Assembly (NCBI GenBank): GCA_002269645.1
Contig: NIVC01000543.1
Span: forward strand, 124,001-188,000
Direction: 5' to 3'
Origin: Macrostomum lignano
Taxonomy: Eukaryota
Length of the DNA stretch: 64,000 nucleotides
Shown here: piece after piece, positions 29,280-45,160 of the stretch
Position numbering within the stretch: position 1 is the first letter of the stretch
How the letters are laid out: each line of letters begins with the position of its first letter
Position numbers and translations under genes: made by a program
The notes under the pieces: model-generated
The model's input: the letters and a program-made list of their open reading frames with translations, nothing else
What the model was told of the DNA's origin: nothing
The model's database searches: none

Positions 29280-30520
29280 GGCGCTGTGGGCACCCTGTTG
29301 CAACGCCTTCGGCGACATCATCTGCCCAATTCTGCCCAGTCTGCTGATTCTTGAACACATAAAAGCGCAAATGCTGTACGCAGGCACGCACTCATGCCCC
29401 GGCCGATCGACAATTGAGCAAATCGCGACAATCTGCGCAATCTTTGAAACCTGAAAGACACGCCAAAAAGTCTGTCTCAATTGCGTTTGTAGACTTTTGC
29501 AAAGCTTTCGATTCGATCTTCCGGCTGGCCATCACCTGGCTCCTCTCCGATTACGGCGTCCCCGGCGTTCTCATCCGCGCCATCATGGACCTCTACGTGG
29601 ACCCGCGCGCCTTCGTCCAGACTACCGACGGCCCAACCGAAGAATTCCCGACAACCTCTGGAGTGCTTCAGGGGGACACCCTGGCCTCCCTTCTCTTCAT
29701 TCTCGCGATCGACTATGTCCTACGGCGATCCCTGCGAGAAGAAGGCGGATACATCCTAGCCTCCAGGAGGGCCCTCGGCAACCCACCATCATCCTCGCCG
29801 CCTTAGCTTACGCCGATGACATCGCTCTAGTGTGCGGGGACGAGCTCGCGGCCCAGCGCGCCGTGGACAGACTCTGCCTGGAAGCTTCGCCCGTCGGCCT
29901 CATTGTCAACGGGAGAAAAACCTAAGTGATGCATATCGGCACTAGCACCGCGCCCGAGCTGAGCCTGCCGAGCGGCGAAACGATCTCAACCTGCCAGGCT
30001 TCCGCTACCTGGGCGCGCTGATCTTGAATCCTGAAGATATCATCACGGACCGGAAAGCACAAGCCTGGCGTGCTGCAGTAAAGATCAGCCCTATCTTCAG
30101 CTCCGCAGCGCCTGACGCCCTCAAGATCAAGCTTTTACGCGCCACAGTCGAACCAATCCTGCTCTACGGACTGGAAGCCGTACCGGTGACCACCAACCCG
30201 AGAAAACGCGCGAAACGGCATGCACCGGGAGCTTCTTTGCTACACACTCGGCATCCGATTCCCCGAAACCATCTCGAACCGCGATCTCGACCGGCGCACC
30301 GGCCCTCCTGCGGCGGCGGCGACAAACCCTCGCCGGCCACGTTCTGCGACGGCACGGTCGCGGTGAAGCCAACCCTCTTGCGATGGCGCTGCTTCACCCA
30401 ACGCGAGAACGGCTTCGACGCGGCCAAGGCCGTGCTGCCACGCTGATCCAGACTCTGACTGACGACCTCAGCGACCTTGACCTGACCCCGAGTGACACTG
30501 CTCTCTATACCCCTCTGAGC
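29280..30520 (+). mobile_element. 5'-truncated, degenerate RTE-type LINE (RT fragment)
   Basis: FVDFCKAFDSI, GVLQGDTLASLLFIL, LAYADDIAL, GLIVNGRKT, EPILLYGLE across shifted frames with stops. Confidence 0.85.
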
Positions 30521-31267
30521 TCTTTCGCGAACGCGTGCGTGCGAGCTATAGGATTTTGTAACCCTATGCGTCTTTTCTATCTATTCTATGGCGATGCAAC
30601 TCTGTCTATAATCCGCTCTGCTTGCACCAGCCAAAAATACAGCAGCTGACATTCAGCGCCTGTGCTGCTCCAGGATATCAGGTACAGGTTACTCCGAGTA
30701 AATTGCTCGTACGTTCGAAAGGTAAACAAAGTTAGTAATTTGTATGGATATAAAAAGCCACTGATATTTTCATAACATCTCGTAGAAAGAAACTAATAAA
30801 AATTACACCGGATTTCAGTGGTAGGAGACGGAGACGGTGTAAGTGATCTTGGCTTGTTGTAAAGCATTAATGGATGGAAAAAGCATTAATTATAGAAGAA
30901 AAAATCTTATAACGGCAAATTATTACCAAGAACTTTCCTATTTTACATAGCAGGCGTTTTTTTAACGACTAAGAGCTCTGCTGCGCCCTTGTTGACTCTG
31001 AGTTTGCTCGCTTCATTATCGTGTGTAGGAACCAAGAGAATGCAAAAATGCCATAACTGTTGTATACCGATCCGAATCCAATGTACTTTTATTTTCAGTC
31101 GTTGCCCCAGCGTTAATTTATTTGTCTGTGTCCCAAACAGCTACCGACTGACTCTGACTCTATAAAGGCTTGCCGTTACTTTTATCGTTAAATAAAATAT
31201 ACATTCAACTTAAGCTACGCTCTCGTTATAACAGCTTTCGGCTCAGCACAGAATCAAAGCACAACAA

Positions 31268-34257
31268 CAACAGACAACAACAGAGTACGCTGTCAGTTCG
31301 CAAAAGCAGCGTCAGATGGCTCGCTTCGAAGCTTGGGCGCGAACAAAGGCCGCACCGCCGGCAGAGTCCGGGGCGCCGGCGTCAGCCAGCAGACAGTCGA
31401 CGTAGCGCCGAGTCCTCGCCTGTCCCCGCCGGTAGGGTGCCTGCAACGTAAGTAGCAGCACCTCCTGCACCGGCTCCGGACAGTAGGCCTCGGCGCGGAT
31501 GACGTGGCCTGCCAGCTGGAGTCGCCGACGGCGCAGCAGATCGCTAGGACGGGCCAGGCCGGCGCGATGATAGAGCGCCGTGTTGGTGACTCGCTCGTTG
31601 CCGATCTTGAAGGCGGCGCGCAGCAGGCCAGCGTGCGCCGCGTCAACTTGAGCCTCGAGCGAGTCTGTCAGCGTCCAGGTCTCGGCGTTGTATAACAGGA
31701 CGGTCTCGATCACCGCCTGGAACAGCGCCGCCCTCTGGCGGTCCGGTAGGGCCTCGGACTGCAGGACTGACCTTATAGAACGAAAGGCAGCCCAGGCAAG
31801 TCTTCGGCGACGCCGCAGATCCTCGCGGACGTCGGGAACCAGACATCTTGGAAGCTCACTCGCCTGTCCGTCAGCGCCTCGGCAGAATATTGCAGCCTCA
31901 ATGTCGTCCGGAACGCAGAGCACAACGATCTTCTGCGTGTTGACCACCAGGCCGACGCTCGCCGCAACGGCAACCAGCCTATCCAGCTGCCGTTGGGCGC
32001 CCTCGACGGTCGAGGACAGCAGGGCGAGGTCATCGGCGTAGCCAAGCACGCTGAGCCGTCTCTCCGGTTGGTGTCGACCCACGCGTCGCCGCAGCAGGAA
32101 GCCGTCGTCGTTGGAAGGCAGAGCAGTCCGTAGCACCAGTCAAGCACCAGAATAAATAGGAACGGCGCTAGCGTATCTCCCTGGAGCACCCCGGAGGATG
32201 TCTCGAAGAAATCCGATAGGCCGTCCGGTGTTGAGACAGCAGCCGTCGTGCCGTGGTACAGCGCCATGACAGCAGAAATCAGCAGCTCTGGCACGTTGTA
32301 CGCACGGAGCACCTCTGGGAGCGCGTCCCTCACGACCGAGTCGAAGGCCTTCCTGAAATCGACGAAGATTAGGATCAGGGTCAACTGGCGGATGCGCGCC
32401 TCCTCGATGACTCGCCGAAGAGCCAGGATCTGCGTCACTGTGCCGCGATGGGGCCGGAAACCGTTTTGCTCAGGCCGCAGGTACGGGTCCAGCACAGGCT
32501 GTAACCGCGATAGCTGCATGCGGTTGAACAGCTTCGCGGCGCAGGACTGTAGGCAGATGCCTCGATGCTCCTCGAGCTTGGTGGTGCCCGGCTTCTTTGG
32601 AATGGCGACGATGTGCGCCGTGGTCCATTCGTTTGGCGCCACCTCACCGGAAAGCACGCGGTTCATCACTCTGGCGACCTCAGTGGCCACGCAGTGGATC
32701 CGCAGCGCCTCGGTGGGCACCTCGTCCGGACCAAGCGCTTTGCCGCCCGGCGACTGCCGAGCGAACTTCACAACGTCGGCTGTGCTGACTGGGGCAACGT
32801 TGAAGCTCTCCTCCACCGGCAACGGCGTCTCCGGCGGCAGCCTCAGATTTTCTGGAAGCGGAGGGGGCGGCGCGTTGACAATGGCGGCGAAGAACTCGCG
32901 CAGCTCGTTCCTGCGCTCATCCGGAGTGTCGCCTGCCAGGTTGAGCGCGATGCGCCGCTTTCGCCCCGTTAGAGTGTTGATGACGGACCAGGCCACGCGC
33001 CCTCTGGCATCGGGCCCTGCGGCAGAGACGGCTTGGATGGCGTCATCGACAGCGGACTGCTGCCGCTGCAGGTAGACAGCCGCCAGAGCCTCCTCCGCCT
33101 CGCGAGTTTGCCGCCCACTCAGACGGAGCCTCTCCAGATCTTCCCTCGCTTCGTCGATCGCGGGGTCGTCCTGCCAGACCGGCTGCCCGCGCTGGGTCGG
33201 TCGCATCAGCGGGACTGCTTGCTCCGCAGCGGCTCGAACTGCAGCGCTCACCTCCGCGTACTCGGCTCCTCCACGCTTGTCGCCCAGCGCAGTGACAAAG
33301 GCACCGGCAAAGCGACGTCGCGTCTCGGCGTCCCTGAGCGCGCGGTAGTAGCGCCGCGGTGGCCGCTTTGGCGGACGGTAGAGCGGGTCCCGAAGCCGAA
33401 GGTCGCAGATGAGCAGCCGATGGTCGGACCGCAGAGCCAGCGGCGTAATGGTGCGGCAGTTAGTGACGCGGCGGCGCTCACGAAAGCGCACAAGCACGTG
33501 GTCGAGCTGTGCCAGCCTCCGTGTAGCGTTCCGGCCGCGCGCGTTCCGCCGCCTCCGCTTGCAGCCCACGAAGGTCGCGAGCCTGCCCGGTGACTTGCGG
33601 AATCTGGTGTTGGCCGACACCATGTCCTGTCTCTCCAGGAAGTCCTCTAGCGCTCCGGTGTTGCCGTTCTCACGCGCTGTCACGAACAGCGATCGCTCGG
33701 ACCTACGCAGAACTGCGTTCAGGTCTCCGAGAATGACCACTGTGTCACGTTGCGCCATCTCCTCCACCCGCACCGAGAGTTGCTCGAAAAAGGCCTGAGC
33801 CTCATCGGGGCGGGTAGCAGGCGGCGCGTACGCGCAGAACAGGCGGGCGTTCCGGCCGCGAAGCCGGACGTCGACCCGAAGCAGCCGAGAAGACAGGGAG
33901 ACGCAGCGACAGCTCTGCTGCAGCCTCGGTCTGATCAGCGCTCCAACTCCTCCACGGCCTCGCTCATCCGCTGAGGTGTACCAGAGTGTCCAACCGGCGC
34001 CCAGGTCCTCACAGTGAAGTCCGGAGTCGGCTCTGATAGACACCTCCTGTAGTGCGATGACATCACAGCTGAGGTCGAGCGCTAGCCTTGCCAGCAGCCC
34101 TCTCCGCCATGTGGCCTTGAGAGTGCGGCAGTTCAGCATCCCGACCCGAAGCGTGCCCTCTGGTACGGCTGGGGCTCGGTGCTGGTGAGCCTCATGGTCC
34201 CTGGCGCCACCCGGAAGATCCAATTGGGCCAGCGCAGCAGCAGCTCGGCGGGCGGCA
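31268..34257 (-). mobile_element. RTE/RTEX-type LINE (AP endonuclease plus RT), near full ORF with a frameshift at about 32135
   Basis: EN VGMLNCRTL, LQEV, GDLNA, LDHVL, SDHRLL; RT DFRKAFDSV, GVLQGDTLAPFLF, YADDLALL, LLYNAETWTLT; (TTG)n tail; candidate 13-bp TSD CAAA(G/A)CACAACAA (31255-31267, 34258-34270). Confidence 0.93.
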
Positions 34258-35524
34258 CAAAACACAACAATAACTCATCGTGATATCCTGATCACCTGAT
34301 CACCAGCCGGGTAATGAACTTTGGGCAGCTGCTGCTAGGCATTCAGAACCGCCAGTCACAACTGTTCAGAATTCTGCGAGGCACCCTGCCGAACTCTTCG
34401 CTTTACGAAAACATACTCAATGGGGCTCTCATGTCCGGAGACTTCGACGGCCTGTTTACATGTAATGTGGGGTTGCGCAACCCCTCGCAGTTGATGTCTT
34501 TGCACATTTCTGAATCACGTAATGGGATGCAACATTTTTGGGCCGTGTGGCAGCGTCAGTGAGAGAGGGGGGCTTTAGTTGGTTGCTGAGTAAACGAATA
34601 CTTGTATTTGTCTTGCGTGGCCTTTATGGACTCCGCGGGTTGGTTAGACTAATTTTACGTTAAGTTAGTTATAATACTACTATAAATAGCGTGAAGCGGC
34701 TACCACCGTATTTAACCGGCAGTTAATTTCTCAGAGCTACGGAAGAAGAGTTGAAAGTAGGCTTCGATCGAACTGCTGCTGGCTGCCGTGATGGTAGAGA
34801 GAATTTCAGACGAACTGCTCGACCTTATAGAACCAGATTGGAATTAAAATACAGTTTAATGTTAGGCTGAATGTATGAAAATGATAACTTAGAGACGTCA
34901 ATTCAACATCAACTTCAGCCGCGGTGCAAAATAATACGATAAATCTGGTTGTTGACTTGTAAGCTCAAGGTCTGTACATTTCGGCAGGGGCGCTCTGACA
35001 TGCATGTACACGTTATGTATTGCATATATAAGAATACAGTACATGCACGTATACTTTTCATTGTATGAAATTCAGAACACGTGATCGTAAACTCACTCTC
35101 TAACAACCGACTGTCCTGCAGCTCTGCGAATAAGTACAGTTTTTAATCAAGGACGACTAAAGTAACGTCTACTTAAGTAGTCCTTGTTTTGAATTTTACT
35201 ATATGCAGCTGATCGCTTTTTACTAACACGATGCTAACTTGGACCGCCCGAGAAGAAATTGCAATTCCCTTCTCGGGGACCATTTTATTGTTTCTCAATA
35301 GCTACGCTGCAGACGCCATGTAAATACCATTAATCAGAGTGATTTTTACAAAGTGTAAATGTGTTTTAATTAGGTTCAATTGATTTATGCTTTATTGACC
35401 ACCGATCATTGAAAGTGACATGTCGACAAAATTGGCCTTTACATATGTTTAGCGTCACTACATAACGTCAGGATACAAGCGTACATGTAATGTAATATAC
35501 ATACTCGTATACTCAGCAACATTG

Positions 35525-36106
35525 AAAAGTCGCCACCCTTTGGCCCAGTGAGCAGTGTCTTTCTACCAGCGTCTATCACCTAGCTCAGGTACATATACTC
35601 GTACTCAACAACATCGAAAAGTCGCCGCCATCAGAGAAGATTCCGTCTGTGGTCGCCACTTTTGAGAGTGCATGTTAAGACTCTCAATCTTTGCGGGTGA
35701 CGCTACTCAGCTACGCCGCGGCAGACTGAGTTGAGGAATGAAGTGGGGAGTTGGTGTGCGAGGGTTGGACAGATTAAAGCTACCCCGATCAATTTTCTCG
35801 CATCTTTTATTGCAGAAGTCCAAGAGAAATCGCTCACTGGCGCATAGAGTGGTGACTCTTCAGTTTTGCTGAGCTTCTTGCTCTTCAGTTATTACCTTTT
35901 GATAACCATTTTGATATTAAAACATGCTTAAAAAACAATGAAAACGTTGGCGAAAGCTTCAATCCATCCATCCAATCTTCGCGTCCTCCGCTCTTCCCAA
36001 TCCCTCCTCACTCAGCTCAACTCTGCGTCGCGTGGCGCAAATTGCGTCACTCAAAAGTCAATACTGAGCTAGAATTTAGTGCGCAATCTCAAAGGTGGCG
36101 ACTTTT
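35525..36106. mobile_element. Degenerate foldback/MITE-like element
   Basis: AAAAGTCGCCACC(C)TTTG at the left end is inverted at the right end; inner imperfect inverted arms at about 35690-35750 and 36000-36055. Confidence 0.45.
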
Positions 36107-37316
36107 TAATGCTATAACTGCGATAAATTTAAGACAGCACTATGAGGTCAAGTGCAGCGCAGTTTTTTCGCAACAGTTAATTTTAAATGAAGGTCAGCTG
36201 AATTAAAACGTGTAACAGTAAAGTTCACAGAACCGACAGGCGCAAACAATTGTGTCCAAAGAACTGATCAATATAGCTATTTGCATACACTGCAGCATGT
36301 ACATACAGTGTACAACAGTACTGTAGATTGCGATAATAGAACCAGCTATTCGCAAGATACGGCACAGTACTGTGCATGCATGTGCTCACAGATAAAGCAA
36401 CACGATCGACGGAGGGAAAGCAGGCTTAGAGAAGGCTAGAGTTCGAAGTTGAGTCCACTATCATGCAAATGACGCATTTGCGAGTGCTGGATCCAAGTTT
36501 TCTGATTTTAAATTTCTAACCGAGTACCTAACCGGTTTTGTCTCGCATAGAGACACCTAACCGCAGTACCCCTGTGACACTTGTCTCTGCCTGGCTGAAA
36601 GAATTGTAATGAGTTAGTAGGCTGGTTAGAGGGTAATAGCCGATCAGGGCTGTGGGTAGCTGTATAGGAAGGCAGTCCTATGCTCGTTCCAGTTGATGCT
36701 CTGACGGTCTCCCTCGGAGTGTCCTCTGGTGAACGGCTAGCTTTAAGCTGGAGTGTGCCAAAACCAGGACTGAGTCTGAGCAGGACGAGGCCGTTGGCAC
36801 GGCCACCATAAAAATGGCGGGTTGGCGAAGCAAAGGGTGAAATAGTCCCGGCGATTAGCCCTCCTGCCACTTCAAAGATAAGAGACTGTCTTGGCAAAGA
36901 GTACCCGGGGTTAGTGGGGGGCAGTCCCAGGCTGGTAGCCACGGCCGTGGGGGCATTGGTCAAATGACCAATTTTTTGGCACTACTAACCCAGAGAAGGC
37001 ACGGGCTTCCCTCACTGGTTCGCTGAACCCTCGCTGGCCCCGGGGAGGTTTAGTATTGTGTCTGGAGTAGGTGTGACGCCCCGACAGCTGGGGGTAGCCC
37101 CCCCCCCCTCAGCCCGACTGGTGTCGCCTGCTCGGCTTGATTGGTCACAGTCTCCTATAGCCTAATTTAGAAGCCTAGTGTACCTGAGTACACTCCCAAT
37201 ATGGAAACTAATTTATCTTAGTGGCGTAAGAGCCTATTTATTTGGCTGAGGCGCCGATTTTACTTATTTTAGTTAGTTAGTTAACCGAGTAACCAACCGA
37301 GTAGCATTAATTGGCC

Positions 37317-39035
37317 ATGACTCTCGTCATAACAGTGATAGTTGGGCTGCTGGCTGCTCTGCTGGGCCGCCATCTGATTCGGCGGCTGAAACGTCGGGGT
37401 CCGATCGGTCTGCCGATACTGGGCAGCCTGCCCTATATGATGTACAGAGCTGTCACTGACCGACAATTTCGTTGGTACCTCTTCGTCGATGAAATGCGCA
37501 AGGCCTACGGCGAGGTCATCTCGCTTGTGATCGGCACGCAGGAGTTTGTTGTGATCTCCGGCTACAACAAGATCAAAGCCGCATTTGTAGATCGAGCCGA
37601 CGTGTTCTCACAGCGACCGAATCATCCCTTCTACCAGATCGTAGCCGAGGGCCGCGGCCTTCTCTTCTCAGAGGGCCCACTTTGGCAGGATCAGCGCCGT
37701 TTTGCTCTTCGGGTTTTGCGTGACTTCGGTCTAGGCAGGAGCCTCTCGGAGCAACAAATCCAGACTGAGGCACAGGAACTCGCCAGACACCTCAGCGACT
37801 ATAATGGACAGGAGACGGATGTAAAGTGTGAGAATACTATATACTCGTATATTGTACATGTTGCCGGTTATCTGCATGGCCTTGTAATATTTCGTACCAA
37901 CAATACTAGTGCCAAGTATATAAATCTTATGACAAAAATTCTTTCAGCCCACATCACTAAGGCCGTAGTCAATGTAATAGCAGGTCTTGTGTTCGCTCAG
38001 CGAAGCGGTTACGAGGACCCCAAGCTAGAGGAATTTCTGGAGCACACGAAGGCCTTGACGCAAGCTGGACTGGATACTGTACTCATGGTCTTCTTTCCCC
38101 AGATGCCGATTTCGCTTACATCGCTTTCACCAAGCAGCAATCGCATCCTGCAGAGCGAGAGATGGGTTATGGACTACTGCTGGGATAAGATCCAGGATAT
38201 TAGCCGCAACTACGATGAGTCAAGCGAGCCGATTTGCTTTGTTGAGGCTTATCTACGAGAGCAGCGGATGCGGCAGGCTTCCGGGGAGGGCGATGTCGGT
38301 AGCTTTGACAACCGACAGCTGATACGGACTGTATCTGACTTGTACGTTGCCGGTAGCGACACGACCGCCACTACATTGCGCTGGGCGCTGCTATACTGCT
38401 GCTTTCACCCAGAGCTTCAGGAGGCCTGCCACACCGAGATCAGCACAGTCATTGGTGACCGCGAGGTCAGCATGAAAGATAAGCGGAGTTTGCACAAGGT
38501 ACAGGCGTTTCTGGATGAAACTCAGCGGATGGCGAACCTGGTGCCTATGAGCGTTGAGCACCGAGCTGCAAAGGTGAGAAAGCTTTAGCACTTTCAAAGC
38601 GAATGCGTCAAGTTTTTATATTTTTTGTGAAACTGACCATCTTCTCTATGTTTTCCTGTTAAGGAAGTTGATTTTGACGGACTGCCCGTTTCGCCAGACA
38701 GCATAGTACTGCCCAATCTGTACTCAGTTCACATGGATCAGGAGCTATTCCCGGAGCCGCACGAGTTCAACCCCAATCGATTTCTGGACCTAGAGACCGG
38801 AACGTACAAGCCCTCTGAGTACCTCATTCCTTTCAGCGTCGGCAAACGCTCCTGCTTGGGAGAGACACTGGCTCGGATGGAGCTGTTCCTCTTTTTTGTC
38901 ACTCTGCTGCAAAAGTTTCGTTTCGAACCGAATGAGGACTGCAAACTGAAGCGAGAGGATATCCTGCTGGGACACGACGGCATCGTGAGAGCACCGGCAG
39001 ATCACAGGCTAGTTGTGCACAGCCGCGCGCAATGA
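37317..39035 (+). CDS. Cytochrome P450, CYP2 clan; exons 37317-37827, 37948-38573, 38664-39035
   Basis: N-terminal anchor plus GPIGLPILG; WQDQRRF; I-helix AGSDTT; K-helix ETQR; PNRF; heme motif FSVGKRSCLG. GT-AG introns keep the frame. Confidence 0.95.
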
Positions 39036-39974
39036 CTGTGAAAACTGGATAGGTCGCAGGTTCCATAGCACAAACATAGAAGCGTAAAAACTGATTAACT
39101 CTACAGGTTAATAGCGTGCAGCCCGCCTCAATCAACACTGCAAGTGCGAAAACTTTTATTGTATGCCAGGTTTTCTGTAGCCAGTATTTCGGGAACCATT
39201 GTTTAAAATGTCACTTCAAATTAATGACCGGTCATTAATTAACTTTCTAAAAAATAAACAAGATCCTAAATATCTAACAAAGTGGATAATCAGAACAGTT
39301 CAAGACAATAGGCTAGTTTGTTTTTAAATGCAGTTGTCGAATCGTCTTTAATCGACTCGCCTCATCAATGCATCAGCTTCAATCAAGCTGGCAGCCATGA
39401 ACGCCAGACCCGTAATTTCCGAGTAGAGGGATATTTTTAAAGTAATGGGACCAAATGTTCTTACACTTGGTAAAGACAGAAGCTGCCTTATAATTTTATC
39501 AGTTATAGTAGCTGTCATTGTCATTATTTATTAATTCATGCTCTTGAAAACTGTGGGATTTCAGCGAGCGCCTGATTAATATTTGGAACGTTAATTTCTA
39601 CTTGGAGCCAGCATTTTTGCATGGACTGGATGCATTTGGATTTGTAATTAGGGTCGTGCTGTTTATAATAGAAACCTGGTGAGAGAACTGGGAACTTTTT
39701 ATTGTCATTTTAGAGGGTAAGGAGTGAGGACCCTGCTCTGGTAACAATATGGAACTAAAAATGGTGTTTTGGTGGCTGTGAAAAATGTCCTGAAAGTGGT
39801 TGATCGGTGATTTAGAGGGTAGCAAGTAAAAGTATTATACTAGAATTTTCTAACAAGTCACCTCTTATTGTCGATTCTTTGCAAATAATACAGATGGAAT
39901 AAATGGCGCTATGCCGGCAGTGGAAAATTCTGTCCTAAAGTCCCCTTCATAAAAACTACTCACTCCCTATGCTG

Positions 39975-40180
39975 AGGGCCATTTTAATCTTCATCAGTAA
40001 TATTCCCGAAGTCATACCTAAAGGTAAAAATTATCTATGCTGACAACATCGCGCTCCTCGGCCCCGACCACAGCCTCTCACTTAGCCGTATCCGGCAGGA
40101 CAGCCTCCCACAGGAACGTCACGATGCTCCTAGCGGGCCAAGTCAGGTGTCTTTGAAGTTTCAACGTGACCACTGCCTGC
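39975..40180 (+). pseudogene. Short decayed LINE RT remnant
   Basis: IYADNIALLG resembles YADD with D>N; flanking motifs are faint. Confidence 0.35.
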
Positions 40181-40836
40181 TGTGCATGGTTTTCTCGTTA
40201 AGAATTAGAATAAAAACCTGGCAGCTATTATTCGTGAGAAAACGTAGCAAAAAGAATTCGGAACAATGTGATACAGGCTGCTTAAGCAATCAACTGCTAT
40301 TTTGATAATCAAAGAGTTGTAAAACAGGACCAATCAAAGAAAAAGCGTTTCTATATTTGCTGGCAAACAGTTTGAAAATAACCGGTAAATTTTATATAAC
40401 TGAAAAAAAAATTACCAAGTAGTTGGATGTGTAAGCGGTGCTAAATGTCTGATAAGATTAGAGCTAGTGGAATTAAGGTTATGATAATGACACGATTCAG
40501 ATCTGGCTGCTAACACGAATTGAAAACAATTCAAATGGGGAATATGAAAAATCAGCCAACCAGTTGAAGAGGAGGAAAACGGGGAAATGAATATTGATAA
40601 ATTGATGCGAGCGGAAAGGCAATGATCGAAACGACAATATTTATGTGAAGCAATCACTAATACAAAGCACTGGGCTTGTGTTTTCACTTATTTCTATCAG
40701 TGACGAAAAATTGCCCATCCATAAAAATCGTAGCACATATGGCAAATCGGCAGATGAGTTTAGGTTCAAGCGGTGAAAGCAGACTCAGGGTGGGACTTGG
40801 CCTGCAGCGTGCGAGTCCTGGGCTCGTCCTGATCGC

Positions 40837-43581
<2,745 letters not shown>

Positions 43582-44784
43582 CTAGATGTAAATGTGAGGG
43601 GAGGTGAGAATGAGAGATGAACAACTTTTCTTATAGCATTTAATGCATTCAATTGCAGAACTAATGTGGCCTATGGGGAGAATCTGGGGAGAATTGTTAA
43701 GATATTAAAACTCATAGGGAGTTGGCTGAAGTGCTGTGGCTAAAGGAGAGAATTGCTGAGATGTCAGACTCATGGGGAGCTTGCTAAAATCCCGTGGCTC
43801 ATGGGATTGCAGAGATACCACTGCTTATAGGTGGTTGGTAAGATGCCAAGGGTCAGGGCTTTGGTAAAACATGGCTAAAGAGGCTTTGGTGCAAAAGCTC
43901 AAAAGGGCTAGATAGCATTAGGCTAGATAGCTAGCTTTTAGGGCTGATGGTTTTCTATATTGAAAATCTTTCTTTATAAAATACTAATAAAAAAAATAAG
44001 ATTAAAAGACATAGCCAATTTGAGGCTAGATATGTATAGTTGATTTAAAAACATTCTTTTTTGCTTTACTAATAGAGAAGAAAGACTATTAAATGCATTT
44101 CTATAATTTAACTTAGATTTGCTCTAACCCCTTAAGCACTTTAATAATACCAATAAAATAGTATTACAAAATCAAAATGGCTATACATACTTATTTTCTA
44201 CCTATAATAATAGCAAATAATTTAAACTTTTATCAAATACATAGCAATTAAGTTATTTTAAACTTAGGAAACAAAGTTGAATCTTTGTAATAATTGAAAG
44301 AATAATATTCTGCTAAAATAAATAATATATTAAAGCTGCAGGTTTCTTTTGTGGCTAAGCTGGGGCTCTACTTTGAGGATCTCAAAAGCTGGCTAGAACT
44401 TCCTATATATATATATTTATATATATTCCTATATATGTATATAGTAGACAAACTAGGCTAGAGCAATGGTAATATATTGATTGAACTACCTTTTTAGCAA
44501 TAGCAGTGTGCATTACACTTCATTATCTTTACAACTAATGCAAGTTAACCTGCACCTGCATTTCCATTGTATCTAACTATTCTGTACATATGCACCCATT
44601 GTTTATCCTGAGGAGACTTGTGTCTTCTTTGATTTCCTAGCTAGGTAGCTAGACAATGTGCCAAACTGCAATATATTCATTGTGCTTTAAAGACCTAAAT
44701 GTAATTCTATAGAAGTCCAAGCTTTTGCCTTTTGTTGTGAGATACAAGAATGCCAACACTAATGCACTAAAGGATCTGCTTGAC

Positions 44785-45160
44785 TGGCTAGACTTGGTAT
44801 CTACAAACATTGAGTTTCACTAGCCCTCTACCTACTTATTTACATTTTGCAAGCTAAAAGAGAAAGCAATAGAATTTATGCAAGCCATAAGAAAACTAAT
44901 ATAACTTGACCATGTATTGGTTTGCACTTATGAGCATTGTCATATCATTAACTACAATATTATAGCTTTGCTTGTTTCACATAGATTCACACAAACAATG
45001 GTAAAGCATTTACTAGCAAGCAGTTTAATTCATTTTGCAATTTGTATAATGTTAAGCATATGTATATGACCCCATACTATGCCCAAAGTAATGGTTTGGT
45101 AGAGCATTTTAATAAGCAAATCAAGTCAATTATTACTTGCTTAATAGAGAAAGACCAAAA
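44785..45160 (+). pseudogene. Hypermutated Ty3/Gypsy integrase (rve) remnant
   Basis: WLDLVSTNI..(T)SPLPT and IHTNNGKAFTSKQFNSFCNLYNVKHMYMTPYYAQSNGLVEHFNKQIK correspond to the TDNG..F / TPYH.QSNG.VERFN motifs with G>A and C>T changes. Confidence 0.8.

Noticed and set aside
32248-33798. Long + strand ORFs over the RTE element
   Set aside because: Antisense shadows of a GC-rich coding sequence.
35148-35280. Two short hairpins (CAAGGAC...GTCCTTG; CCCGAGAAG...CTTCTCGGG) as a Helitron end or RNA gene
   Set aside because: No downstream CTRR terminus and no RNA-family features.
36508-37149. 151-aa ORF or TGTGAC...GTCACA solo LTR
   Set aside because: No matching TSD for either candidate boundary and no protein motif.
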